From NCBI RefSeq assembly GCF_004010195.1, contig NC_057749.1, positions 23,775,484 to 23,795,483 of the forward strand: a stretch of DNA of 20,000 nucleotides, given 5' to 3'. The translations under genes were made by a program, and so were the position numbers. This document shows, piece after piece, positions 1 to 9,613 of the stretch; positions within the stretch are counted from its first letter, which is position 1; every line of letters begins with the position of its first letter. Below the pieces are notes generated by a model that did no database searches, was not told the DNA's origin, and saw only the letters and a list, made by a program, of their open reading frames with translations. This DNA comes from Chiloscyllium plagiosum (Eukaryota).

Positions 1-615
1 CTGACTCACACACAGCACTGGTAATAATCCTGAGATCACTACCTTTGAGGTCGTACCTTTCAACATACTTCCTAACTCTTTTTTTAAGGCCTAACCCCTT
101 TTCTGACCTATGTTGTTTGTACCAACGCATATCCTTACCATTGACAGTTCACCCTGCCTCTCCAGAATGTCCTGCTGCTCTAAGACATCCTTGACTCAGG
201 GAGGCAACATGTCACTGGAATCCCCTCACAGCTGAATGTTCTATAAAAATAGCATTCCCACACTTTTTACTCCTCTCCTGTGCCCCAGAGTCAACCCTGG
301 TAGAACAGGTTTGACTGTTCCTTCTTTCCTCTGAGAGGTCATTCCCTTATCAGTGTCTAAAGTGATGTGTCTGTTTTACAGGGAAATAGTTACAAGGGAT
401 TCCTCTTGCTTTACCTGGTGGTCATCCATTCTCTTTCAGCTTGTGCAGTTTTAGCCCATGGAATATCTATCTTTCTGGGTGTGCTCAGGAGACTCTCAGC
501 CTTGTCCGAACTCTGGGCTTCCAGGAGCTGCAGCTGGAGTCAATTCCTGCACACGTGCAGTACCTGGGCACTGGAAATATTCCCAGCTTCCCAAAAAAGC
601 AGGAAGAGCTCCCCA
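1..615 (-). mobile_element. CR1 LINE ORF1 remnant (zinc-finger/coiled region plus SGNH esterase domain), degenerate
   Basis: Minus-strand translation gives WE..HVCRN*LQLQLLE (~500-595), CCLP..VKDV..ILERQGE..VGTNNIG (~100-215) and ELGSMLKGTTSKVVISGLLPV (~15-80). These match the CR1 ORF1 esterase pattern, with stops and frameshifts. Confidence 0.8.
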
Positions 616-724
616 TGGCTTTAAGCTCTCCTGCCGTGACTTAACATGGGAGTGGGATCGGTCCGTCACAGAAATCGGAAAACCGCAGGGGAACAGCCAT
701 TAATCAGACCACAGGTGGACTAAA

Positions 725-1530
725 GTGTATAGTTTTGGGCCCCTTATCTAAGTAAGGATGCACTGGCATTGGAGACGGTCCAGAGAAGATTCATATCAGA
801 GACGGCTGATATTAGGTCTGATAGGAGTGTTTTTTGAGGAGGGGAGACGTTGGCCTTGAGAGTTATCATTTAGTTTTATGAGTCCCGGAACCTCAGCTAA
901 TGTCTGGGGAATCAGGGTTCAAATCTCACCATAGCAGATACTGGTATTTCAATCAATTAAACAAAATGTTTGGGGATTAAGAATCTACGGTTGACCATGA
1001 AACTATTGTCGGGGGGAATAACACCCATGTGGCTCACTAATGTTGTTTAGGGAAGGAAATCTGTTGTCTTTTCCTGGTCTCATCTACATGTGATTCACAC
1101 CCATAGCAATGTGTGGTTGACTCTCAACTGCCCTCTGACATGGCCCAGCAAGCCACTCAGTTGTGTCAATTGACTGTAGCGGTTCAAGTACACAGCTCAC
1201 CACCACCTTGTCAAGCGCAACTAGGGATGGGCAATAAATGCTGGGCCCAGCCAGTGAGACCCATGTCTCATGAATGAACTTAAAAAGAGGTTGAGTAGGT
1301 TGGATCTGTACTCAATGGAGTTTAGAGGACTGAGAGGTGACCTTATTGAAACATCCAAAGTCCTTAGTGGGCTTGACAGAGTGGATGTGGAAAGGTTCCT
1401 TTTGTGGGAGAAGGAAGAGAATCAAGGGTTATAGGGAAAAGGCAGCAAAGTATCAGGTCAGCCATGATCTGATTGAATGGTGGAGCAGACTTGATGGGCT
1501 GAATGGCCTACGTCTGCTCCGAAATCTTTA
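725..1530 (+). mobile_element. CR1 LINE 3' fragment (RT C-terminus + 3'UTR), split by a SINE at 841-1286
   Basis: FWAPYLSKDALALETVQRRF at ~733-793 resumes at ~1287 with RLSRLDLYSMEFRGLRGDLIET..GLDRVD. This is followed by the typical CR1 tail 'cagccatgatctgattgaatggtggagcagacttgatgggctgaatggccta'. Confidence 0.85.
841..1286 (+). mobile_element. tRNA-derived SINE with LINE-type 3' tail, nested in CR1
   Basis: B-box-like 'gggttcaaatctc' at ~914-926 and a 3' end 'caactagggatgggcaataaatgctgg...catgaatgaa'. The host CR1 reading frame rejoins across it. Confidence 0.7.
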
Positions 1531-1709
1531 AGCAAGATCATCAGTGAAGAACTCGGATATTTGCTTGTTCTCCTCTGTTCAATGTAGACCTCCCCGTTAT
1601 CGATTCACATTTGAAGGAACAATGATCACTATTGAACAAAGAGAAGTGTTGTTTAGGCGTCTTACCTTGCGTTCATCAGGACAGATGCAAGAATACCAAG
1701 TTTCAATGG

Positions 1710-1885
1710 AAACTACACATTATAATATTCCAACAGGGACTGGACAGGATAAGCGCAGAAAGGATGTTCTGAGGGTCTACAACCAGCGGTCACAATCTTG
1801 TGGGTTAGGCCACTTGGAGCTGAGAAAAGGAGAATTCCTTTCACCCAGGGGCTGGTGAAGCTCTGAAATTCTCTTCCACAGTCAT
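1710..1885 (+). mobile_element. Old CR1 ORF2 C-terminal fragment
   Basis: Degenerate YNIPTG(LDR)...SGH...RRIPFTQGLVKL*NSLPQ resembles the CR1 'RGH..RNFFTQRVVNLWNSLP' end. Confidence 0.65.
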
Positions 1886-2244
1886 GGGGCTGACACATTT
1901 ATACAAAACTATCACATGGCATAATGCCACACCAAAGCCATTACTTAGCTCTCTTGAAGGTACATTGTAAAACATGCACTATCACAACAGGTCCTGGTGT
2001 GATTTTGCCTCCTGCAGGATATTTTACCCAGTGTGCAATGTTTTGTTATCCCACATAAAACTGGGGTTTGATACCATTGAATTGAAGAATATAACAGATA
2101 TTCAGTGGAGCTGACTATTGCATACAAACACGACATTCACAGGCATATAAAAGTCTGGGCTAACATTAAGATATTAGATTATAAAGAGCCGCAAGCTTTA
2201 GATTGTATGTATTGCTTCAACTAATTTGGGAGTAAAATGAAACA

Positions 2245-3140
2245 ATAGAGTCATACAGCACAGAAACAGACCGTTTGGCCCAACCAGTCCATGCCGAATA
2301 TAATCCCAAACTCAACTAGTCCCACCTGTCTGCTCCTTTTCCTATCCATCCTATCCAATGTCTTTTAAATGTTGTAATTGTTCCCAAATCTACCACTTCC
2401 TCTAGAAGTTCATTCCACACGTGAACCACTCTCTGTGCAAAAAAATGTTGCCCATCATGTCTTATTTAAATCTCTCTCCTGTCACTTCAAAAATGTGTCC
2501 TCTAGCCTTGAAATTCCCCACCCTTGGGAAACAACATTTCCCATTGACCCTATCTGTACCCCTCATGATCTTATATACCTTCATAAGGTTCTGGATGTAG
2601 GTTTGCTCACTGAGCTGGAAGGTTCATTTCCTGACATTTCATCATCCTACTAGGTAACATTTTCAGTGGGCCTCCGAGTGAAGCACTGCTGATAATTCCT
2701 ACTTTCTATTTATATGTTTGAGTTTCTTTGGGTTGGTGATGTCATTTCCTGTGGTGAATACATTTCCTGTTCTTTTTCTCAGGGGGTGGTAGATGGAATC
2801 TAACTCGATGTGTTTGTTGATAGAGTTCCGGTTGGTTCTATCAACAAACACATCGAGTTCGACCCCATCTACCACTCCCTGAGAAAAAGAATGGGAAATG
2901 ACATCACCACAGGAAATGTCATCACCAACCCAAAGAAACCCAAAAATATAAATAGAAATCAGGAATTATCAGCAGTGCTTCGCCCGGAGACTCACTGAAG
3001 ATGTTACCTAGTATGGTGATGAAACATCTGGAAATGAACCTTTCAGCTCAGCGAACAAACCTACATCCAGAACCTCAACCTGAGCTTCAAATCTCAAAAC
3101 TTGCTAACCTCTATAAGGTCGCTTCTCAACCTTCTACGCT
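2245..3140 (-). mobile_element. CR1 3' end, interrupted at ~2581-3105 by a Penelope-derived palindrome
   Basis: Starts with the CR1 tail complement 'atagagtcatacagcacagaaacagaccg'. 'cctcatgatcttatatacct' resumes as 'acctctataaggtc..ctcaaccttctacgct' after the insert. Confidence 0.8.
2586..3105. mobile_element. Penelope-like element 3' end in fold-back (inverted) configuration, hammerhead family C
   Basis: ~240 bp arms at 2586-2824 and 2837-3075 are reverse complements with a ~12 nt loop. The arms encode (SNRN)SINKHIE(F/L)DPIYH.LR, like the end of PLE GIY-YIG ORFs. A hammerhead-like core CTGAAGA-T-GTTACC..GGTGAT-GAAAC lies at 2995-3028. Confidence 0.75.
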
Positions 3141-3154
3141 GCACGAATCCAAAA

Positions 3155-3230
3155 AGGCTGCCAGACCTGCTGAGTTTTTCTAGCAATATCTATTTTTGGT
3201 TCTGATTTCTGACATTCGCAAGTCTTTTGG
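3155..3230 (+). mobile_element. 3' fragment related to hammerhead family A short element
   Basis: 'gctgccagacctgctgagtttttctagc...tctgatttctgacattcgca' resembles the 3' part of the copy at 4431-4492. Confidence 0.55.
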
Positions 3231-3339
3231 GTTGTTTTTAAAATCAGAATTAGGGTTCCAGCCCATTTGCAACTCTTTCAGGTGAAGTAGCTCTTCTAAC
3301 TGAAGGTGGGACTGGATAACAGCCAGGCTTGGAGAAGCA

Positions 3340-3438
3340 GGGTTGAGAATGTGGAGCTGGAAAAGCACAGCAGGTCAGGCAGCATCTGAGGAGCAGGAGA
3401 ATCAACGTTTTGGGCATAAGCCCTTCATCAGGAATGAA
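3340..3438 (-). mobile_element. Short (~99 bp) hammerhead family A element with 13-bp TSD
   Basis: Exact direct repeats GCTTGGAGAAGCA at 3327-3339 and 3439-3451. The minus strand reads CTGATGA-A-GGGC-TTAT-GCCC-AAAAC-GTT. Confidence 0.8.
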
Positions 3439-3739
3439 GCTTGGAGAAGCATCAAAAAATGCCTATCTCCAAGATTAGATCCAGCCACCATACCATTTGC
3501 TCCATAGCCAATTGTCCGCTGATCTACATGTTAGCTTCACTAGTTATTTCTGTTGCGTTAAGTTAAAACTATCTTCTCCTTTCTTTGATGTATTAGTTGC
3601 CTGTTAAATAATATTTGATTCACCTTGATATTGCAATCATAAAAATAACGATTGCACCCACAGGTCACAGTGATGATGTTATGAGCCTGTCTGTTAAAGG
3701 ATGCCTGTTAATGGCTGTGAGACACAGCACAACAGGTAT

Positions 3740-3970
3740 TACAGAAGGAATCTCCACAGAAGGAATCTCTTTGTCACACAAACAGTGGTAATCTAAAACC
3801 CTCTCTCCCAAGCAGGTGCTGTAACTGTGAGTCAACCATACATATCAAAGCTGGTTTTGTCAGCCAGGTGTATCATGGGTCGTGTAACCAAAGTGGCAAG
3901 ATGGAGTTAACGGTTCAGGCACGATCTAACTAAAGGGACTGACCCCCTTGATTATTCTCCTCCTGTCTCT
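3740..3970 (+). mobile_element. Highly decayed CR1 3' end
   Basis: 'aggaatctctttgtcacacaaacagtggtaatctaaaaccctctctccca' resembles RNFFTQRVV..WNSLP and is followed by a decayed 3'UTR-like sequence. Confidence 0.45.
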
Positions 3971-4268
3971 ACTTCCCATTTTTGAAGCAGGTACACAATT
4001 CTAACTGGGAAATCCACAAATCATGTCCGCTGAATTTGTCATGGATATCAGCTTTCAAACCTTTTCCTTGAAGACCACTTCAAAGGTGGCAATCTTCCAT
4101 CTACGCTTCAGAATGATCCCATGCCTAAATATGGCTGAGTTGAAGTGTGTTCCATTTACAAGCCCAAAGTGTAATAGTTACAATAACATATATAAACACA
4201 GCTGCAGTGGTAAACATGGAATTAACAGCTCACTCCAGGTTTTCTCATCAGGCCAGCTCAGATAGATA

Positions 4269-4511
4269 GTGTGGAGCTGGAAAAGCACAACAGGCCAGGC
4301 AGCATCCGAGAAGCAGGAGAATCAACGTTTCGGGCAGAAGCCCTTCATAAGAAATTCCTCAGAGCTTCATCAGCCCTTCTTCGTGATGAAGGGCTTATGC
4401 CCGAAACGTGAATTCTCCTGCTCCTCGGAAGCTGCCTGACCTGCTGTACTTTTCCAGCACCACACTCTCAACTCTGATCTCCAGCATCTGCAGACCTCAC
4501 TTTCTCCGAAA
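4269..4511. mobile_element. Fold-back hammerhead family A element with 12-bp TSD
   Basis: Inverted arms at ~4268-4353 and ~4380-4466, with an extra ~45 nt tail on the right. Exact TSD CTCAGATAGATA at 4257-4268 and 4512-4523. Confidence 0.85.
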
Positions 4512-4585
4512 CTCAGATAGATACAAAGGGACATAATTTTGCTCACTTGTTTATGTTTAAACATTTAAACATTTAGCAATGGTTT

Positions 4586-5170
4586 GGATGGCATGATGGT
4601 TTGGTGGTTAGCACTGCTGCCTCACAGTGTCAGGGACCTGGGTTCAATTCCAACCTCGGGCGACTGTCTGTGTGGAGATTGCACATTCTCCCTGTGTCTG
4701 CGTGGGTTTCCTCCGGGTGCTCCAGTTTCCTCCCACAGTCCAAAGATGTGCAGGTTAGGTGAATTGGCCATGCTAAATTGCCCACAGTGTCCAGGGATGC
4801 GTAGGTTAGATGTATTGGTCAGAGGTAAATCGAGGGTAGGGAATAAATCCCGGTGGAAGTGAGGGCTGGAGATTAGAGTGGTGTTGGAAAAGCGCAGCAA
4901 GTCAGGCTGTATCCGAGGAGCAGGAAAATCGACGTTTTGGGCAGGCGCCCTTCATCAGGAATTCATCAAAGCTTCATCAGCCCTTTTTCCTGATGAAGGG
5001 CTCCTGCTCAAAACATCAATTTTCCTGCTCCTCGGATGCTACTTAACCTGCTATACATTTCCGGCACTACTCTAATCTTGAATAACTCTGGGTGGGTTAC
5101 TCTTGGGAGGGATGGTGTGGACTTGTTGAGCTGAAAGGCCTTTTCCACACTGTTGGGATTCTATTCTAAT
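4586..5170 (+). mobile_element. HE1-type V-SINE, interrupted at ~4857-5079
   Basis: tRNA head (tggtggttagcactgctgcctcacag...gggttcaattcc), V-domain (tgcacattctccctgtgtctgcgtgggtttcctccgggtgctcc..cccacagtccaaaga), and a CR1-like tail resuming at ~5080 and ending 'gggattctattcta'. Confidence 0.9.
4857..5079. mobile_element. Fold-back hammerhead family A element nested in HE1 SINE
   Basis: Inverted arms at ~4869-4960 and ~4988-5078, with nearly the same spacer as the 4269-4511 copy. Diverged direct repeat gaataaatcccggtgg / gaataactctgggtgg at the flanks. Confidence 0.8.
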
Positions 5171-5364
5171 ACTTGCATATATTGTAACCAAGAAAATTTG
5201 GTGGGTTGAGGCTTCGATACAACACTACAGTTCAGTGTCAGCTTCACACATCACACAACACTGTGTCAGCAAGCACTATTACCACAACTACCCTGTGTAG
5301 CAAGTTTACTTAGGAAGAGTTAATGTCTCATATTTCTCATAAACTGCTGGATTTGAAAATAACC

Positions 5365-6178
5365 ACTGGGACAATGGGCTGAAGAGTGGCAAATGGAATT
5401 TAATTTGGATAAATGTGAGGTATTGCACTTCGGTAAAACAAACAAAGGGCAAAACTTATACAGTTAAAATTAGGGCCTTGGGTAGTGTTATAAAACAGAG
5501 AGACCTACAGGTTCAGGCACATAATTCTTTGAAGTTTGCATCACAGACAGACAGACAGGGTGGTTAAGAAGGCGTTCAGGACACTAGCCCTCATTGCTTA
5601 GACCATTGAGTATAAGACTTGGGATGTTACGTTGAGGTTGCCCAGGACATTGGTGAGGCTTGTTCTGGAGTACTGTGTTGCGTTCTGGTCTCCCTGTTAT
5701 AGGAAGGATACTATTAAACTGGAGAGGGCTCAGAAGAGATTTGCTAGGACTTGCTGGGAATGGAGCTTTTGAGTTATAAGGAGAGGCTAGTTAGGCTGGG
5801 ACTGTTTTTGATGGAGCAGAGGAGGTTGAGGGGTGACCTTATAGAGGTTTGTAAAATCATGAGGGGTTGAGATAAGATGAATAGCAGGTGGCTTTTCCCT
5901 CAGGTAGGGGATTTCAAGACTAGGGGGCATATTTAAGGTGAAAGGAGAAAGATTTTAAAAATGACATGAATGGCAATTCTTTTACACATGGAGTGTTTGG
6001 AATGAACTCCCAGAGGAAGTGATGGATGTGGGCTCCATTACAATGTTTAAAAGATATTTGGATACACACATGAATAAGAGGTATGCAAATGAAGGCATGT
6101 GGTACTAGTTTCGTTTTGGGTTATGGTCAGCATGGACTGGTTGGAACGAAGGGTCTGTTTCCGTGCTGTATGACACTT
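5365..6178 (+). mobile_element. 5'-truncated CR1 LINE (RT C-terminal region + 3'UTR)
   Basis: LGQWAEEWQMEFNLDKCEVLHFGKTN..., ..LEYCVAFWSPCYRKD..., RLRGDLIEV.KIMRG, and the tail 'gaagggtctgtttccgtgctgtatgac'. Confidence 0.9.
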
Positions 6179-6311
6179 TTCCAGAACTGTAAACAATGGA
6201 CCTATACTGCTCTTGGTTAACTGATCTATAATGAAACTATATTATTGTTTTTCTCTATTTTAATTTGAGTAATTCCAGAATGTTGAAGAGCAATATTCCA
6301 TCAACCATTCA

Positions 6312-6590
6312 CAGGTAGGGGATTTCAAGACTAGGGGGCATATTTAAAGTGAAAGGAGAAAGATTTAAAAAAGACATGAATGGCAATTTTTTTACACATG
6401 GAGTGTTTGGAATGAACTCCCAGAGGAAGTGATGAATGTGGGCTCCATTACAATGTTTAAAAGATATTTGGATACACACATGAATAAGAGGTATGCAAAT
6501 GAAGGCATGTGGTACTAGTTTCGTTTTGGGTTATGGTCAGCATGGACTGGTTGGACCGAAGGGTCTGTTTCCATGCTGTATGACTCTATT
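6312..6590 (+). repeat. Near-identical local duplicate of CR1 3' segment 5901-6178
   Basis: Begins 'caggtaggggatttcaagactagggggcatattt' exactly as at 5901 and shares the same idiosyncratic sequence through to the tail. Confidence 0.9.
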
Positions 6591-6996
6591 CTGGAGTGCT
6601 GTATAGCTCTGGTGGAGACATAAGGAGTAAACTCTTCCTCAGGACACACATTCATTGACAGTGATTGTTATGTGGAGCCCTGATCTTTCATCTTTGTTCC
6701 ATTGTTCACATCCCTTCCTTCTGGGTCTAACCTTGCATAGTTCCGAGACCTGACACTGTAACTTCTACTCCTCTGTCTGAAGACGTGAACTGATATACGT
6801 GGGACCTTTACCTGCATCTAACTGATGTTAAACTTTTTGAACTCCAATTCTTAACACCCTATCACAGGTTCGAACCTTGCAACAAAATTTCAAGACATTC
6901 CTAGATTTCCCAGAACATTCTCTCTTCATCTGAGTCAGGTATCAAATGCCCAATCAGACTTTATTTAAAACAAACACAGACTCTCTCCTTCCTATT

Positions 6997-7362
6997 AACA
7001 TGGAACATAGAAAAGTACAGCACAGAACAAGCCTTTTGGCCCACGATGTTGTGCCGAGGTTTAATCCTAATGTAAAGTATAGTAAATTAACCTACGGACC
7101 CCTCAACTCACTGCTATCCATGTGCATGTCCAGCAGTCGCTTAAATGTCCCCAATGACTCTGCTTCCACCACCACCGCTGGCAACGCATTCCATGCATTC
7201 ACAACTCTCTGCGTAAAGAACCTACCTCTGACATCTCCTCTATACCTTCCTCCTAATATCTTCAAACTATGACTTCTCGTACCAGTCAATCCTGCCCTGG
7301 GGAAAAGTCTCTGGCTATTGACTCGATCTATTCCTCTCATTATTTTGTACACTTCGATCAGG
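6997..7362 (-). mobile_element. CR1 LINE 3' end
   Basis: ORF 7092-7352(-) YKIMRGIDRV..TRSHSLK..RFFTQRVVNAWNALP..FKRLLD; tail repeat 'aacatggaacatagaa'. Confidence 0.9.
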
Positions 7363-7375
7363 TTTTATTTTGCTC

Positions 7376-7744
7376 TACCCATTCAGAAATGTGAGAAACC
7401 TCTGGAGCAGGTGGTATATGAATCCAGGCCTCCTGTTTTAGAGGTAGGGGTACTACCATGGTTCTACAGGAGCCCTTCCAAGGACTTAATTCTCTGCATC
7501 AGAAGCCCCTGTTTATAGATATGTTCTAGTTAACCCAGTCAGGGATGTAAAGACACAGTTCTGGAGCGGGTGGGACTTGAACCCAGTCTCCTCTCCCATT
7601 ACCACTGTGCCACAACAGCCAGATAGATATTTTTTCTAATGAGTCTGTCCAAAGATGTTATGACACATTTCTGTAGCAGGTGGGGCTTGAACCCAGACCT
7701 CTTGGCTCGGACGTAGAGACACTTCCTCTGAACAATATTAGCCT
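7376..7744 (-). repeat. Three tandem tRNA-derived SINE head fragments (~90-100 bp each)
   Basis: Copies at ~7376-7476, ~7531-7620 and ~7645-7744 share 'ctggagcaggtgggacttgaacccag...ccactgtgccaca' (minus strand: A box tggcacagtgg, B box ggttcaagtcc). Confidence 0.65.
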
Positions 7745-8029
7745 CTTCTTATTGAGCTGATTGATGGGTAATTGGGTGAGATACCACAACAGTGGGGGTG
7801 TCATGTTAGTTATGACCTAACATACTGGTCCCAGACCGTGGAAAATATGGAATAATTTCACACACTGACTGATTGCAGAGTATGGTATGTTGCAAAATTG
7901 AAGCATTTTATTGTGTTGTTTTCTGCAGTGCCCCGCTGATGGAGGGGTGTAAATAATGTTCTTAAAAATAGCTCTCTGCAGTGAATCGTGCAAGATGAGC
8001 TTCTGTCAGAAGAGTACACACCAGAAATT

Positions 8030-8392
8030 GGGCAGCACCATGCCTGAGTGGTTAGCGCTGCTGCCTCACAGCACCAGGGACCTGGGTTCAATTCCACCCT
8101 TGGGCGATTGTCTGTGTGGAGTTTGCACATTCTCCCTGTGTCTGTGTGGGGTTTCTCCGGGTGCTCTGGTTTCCTCCCACAGTCCAAAGATGCAAGGTTA
8201 GGTGGATTGACCATACTAAATTGCCTGTAGTATCCACAGATGTGCAGGCTAGGTGGATTAGCCATGGGAAATGCAGGATTACAGGAATAGGGTAGGAGCG
8301 GGGGGAGGTGGGTCTGGGTAGGATGCTCTTCGGAGGGTTGGTATGGACTCGATGGACCAAATGGCTTGCTTCCATACTGTAGGGATTGTATA
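8030..8392 (+). mobile_element. HE1-type V-SINE, full length
   Basis: Same head, V-domain and tail as the 4586 copy; ends 'catactgtagggattgtata'. Confidence 0.9.
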
Positions 8393-8879
8393 CAAGGCTA
8401 GGATGGAATTTCCTTCTATATTTCACTGGAGAAATTAAGAATTGAGGAACCTTGAGACACTTTTCTGGAATTCTTAAAGTTGATTTTGAGAAAGTTTGAA
8501 TGAGTGTTCCCTGTGCACATCATACACACAGCACAATATGTAATTGGATAAAAAAGGCATATCTGAGGAAAGTGGGTGACTGCACGCTCAAAAACAAGAT
8601 GGATGTAATTATATATTTTCGAAAGGCTAATGAAGTAGGAAAAGATGATAAAATAAATATCAGGATAGGTTCCAATACTTTAGATGTAGATTTTAAAAAC
8701 AATGTTGTCCAAAAGACCCCAGTTCAATGGAAGACAATGGAATTAATGAAATTCTGGATTCAAATGATCTCACAACTCAGGATGAAATTACACTGGGGGT
8801 TATGTTCCATCAAAGGAAATAGTTGCTAAGTGAAACTGTTGTGATTAAAGGAACTCTCTCTAACATGGATATGGTGCAG

Positions 8880-8991
8880 AGAGAAATAAAAAATTGTAGA
8901 TGCTGGAATCCTGCCCAAAGCAGACAGGAGGAGGCTGGAAGAACACAGCAGGCCAGGCCGCATCAGGAGGCGGAGAAGTCAATGTTTTAGG
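8880..8991 (-). mobile_element. Truncated relative of hammerhead family A element
   Basis: 'gtagatgctggaatc...gctggaagaacacagcaggccaggccgcatcaggagg..gtcaatgtttt' matches the family A arm up to the GAAAC side of the ribozyme. Confidence 0.6.
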
Positions 8992-9127
8992 AAATCAACC
9001 CTAGAAGTTTGTTAGTATCTATTGTTGGAAGGAATTTGTTTTTTTTGAATCAAAGGAATTTCATTTAAAATATTTAATGCATACTACTATTCTTAAATTG
9101 CTTGTGCTTTTTGAGAGTGAGAAATAC

Positions 9128-9613
9128 TTGATTTGATTTGATTTATTATTGTCACATGTACCAAGATACAGTGAAAAGTATTGCATTGTGTGCTAAGCAG
9201 ACAAATCATACCTTATATAACTACACCAGAGTAATAGACAGAAATATTGTGTTACAGTTGCAGAGAAAGATCATCTCTAATATATGAAAGGTCCATTCAT
9301 AAATCTGATAACAGCAGGGAAGAAGCTGTTCTTAAATCTGTTGGTGCATGTTTTCGAACTTTTGTATCTTCTGCCAGATGGAAGAGATTATAACCGGGAT
9401 GAGAAGGGTTGTGGATGATGTTGGCTGCCTTCCTGAGGCAGTGGGAAGTGTAGATGGAGTCAATGGATGGAAGGTTGGTCTGTGCGATAGACTGGGCTGT
9501 GTTCACAACTCGCTGTAGTTTCTTGTGGTTCTGGGCACAGCAGTTGCTGTACCAAGCTGTGATGCATCCAGATAGGATGCTTTAGGTGGTTCATCTATAA
9601 AAATTGGTAAGAG
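9128..9613 (-). mobile_element. Rex1/Babar-type non-LTR retrotransposon 3' fragment
   Basis: Minus strand LTNFYR*TT*SILSGCITAWYSNC..HKKLQRVVNTAQSI..LPSIDSIYTSHCLRKAANII..PSHPG; (CAAAT)n-type tail at 9128-9145. Confidence 0.8.

Noticed and set aside
4269..4511. Classical MITE interpretation of the hairpin elements
   Set aside because: Asymmetric arms, 12-13 bp TSDs, single-arm copies and ribozyme cores fit PLE-derived retroelements better.
4584..4900. ORFs of 92 aa (also 7858-8426 and 15360-15648) as host proteins
   Set aside because: They are chance translations of HE1 SINE sequence, recurring in each copy.
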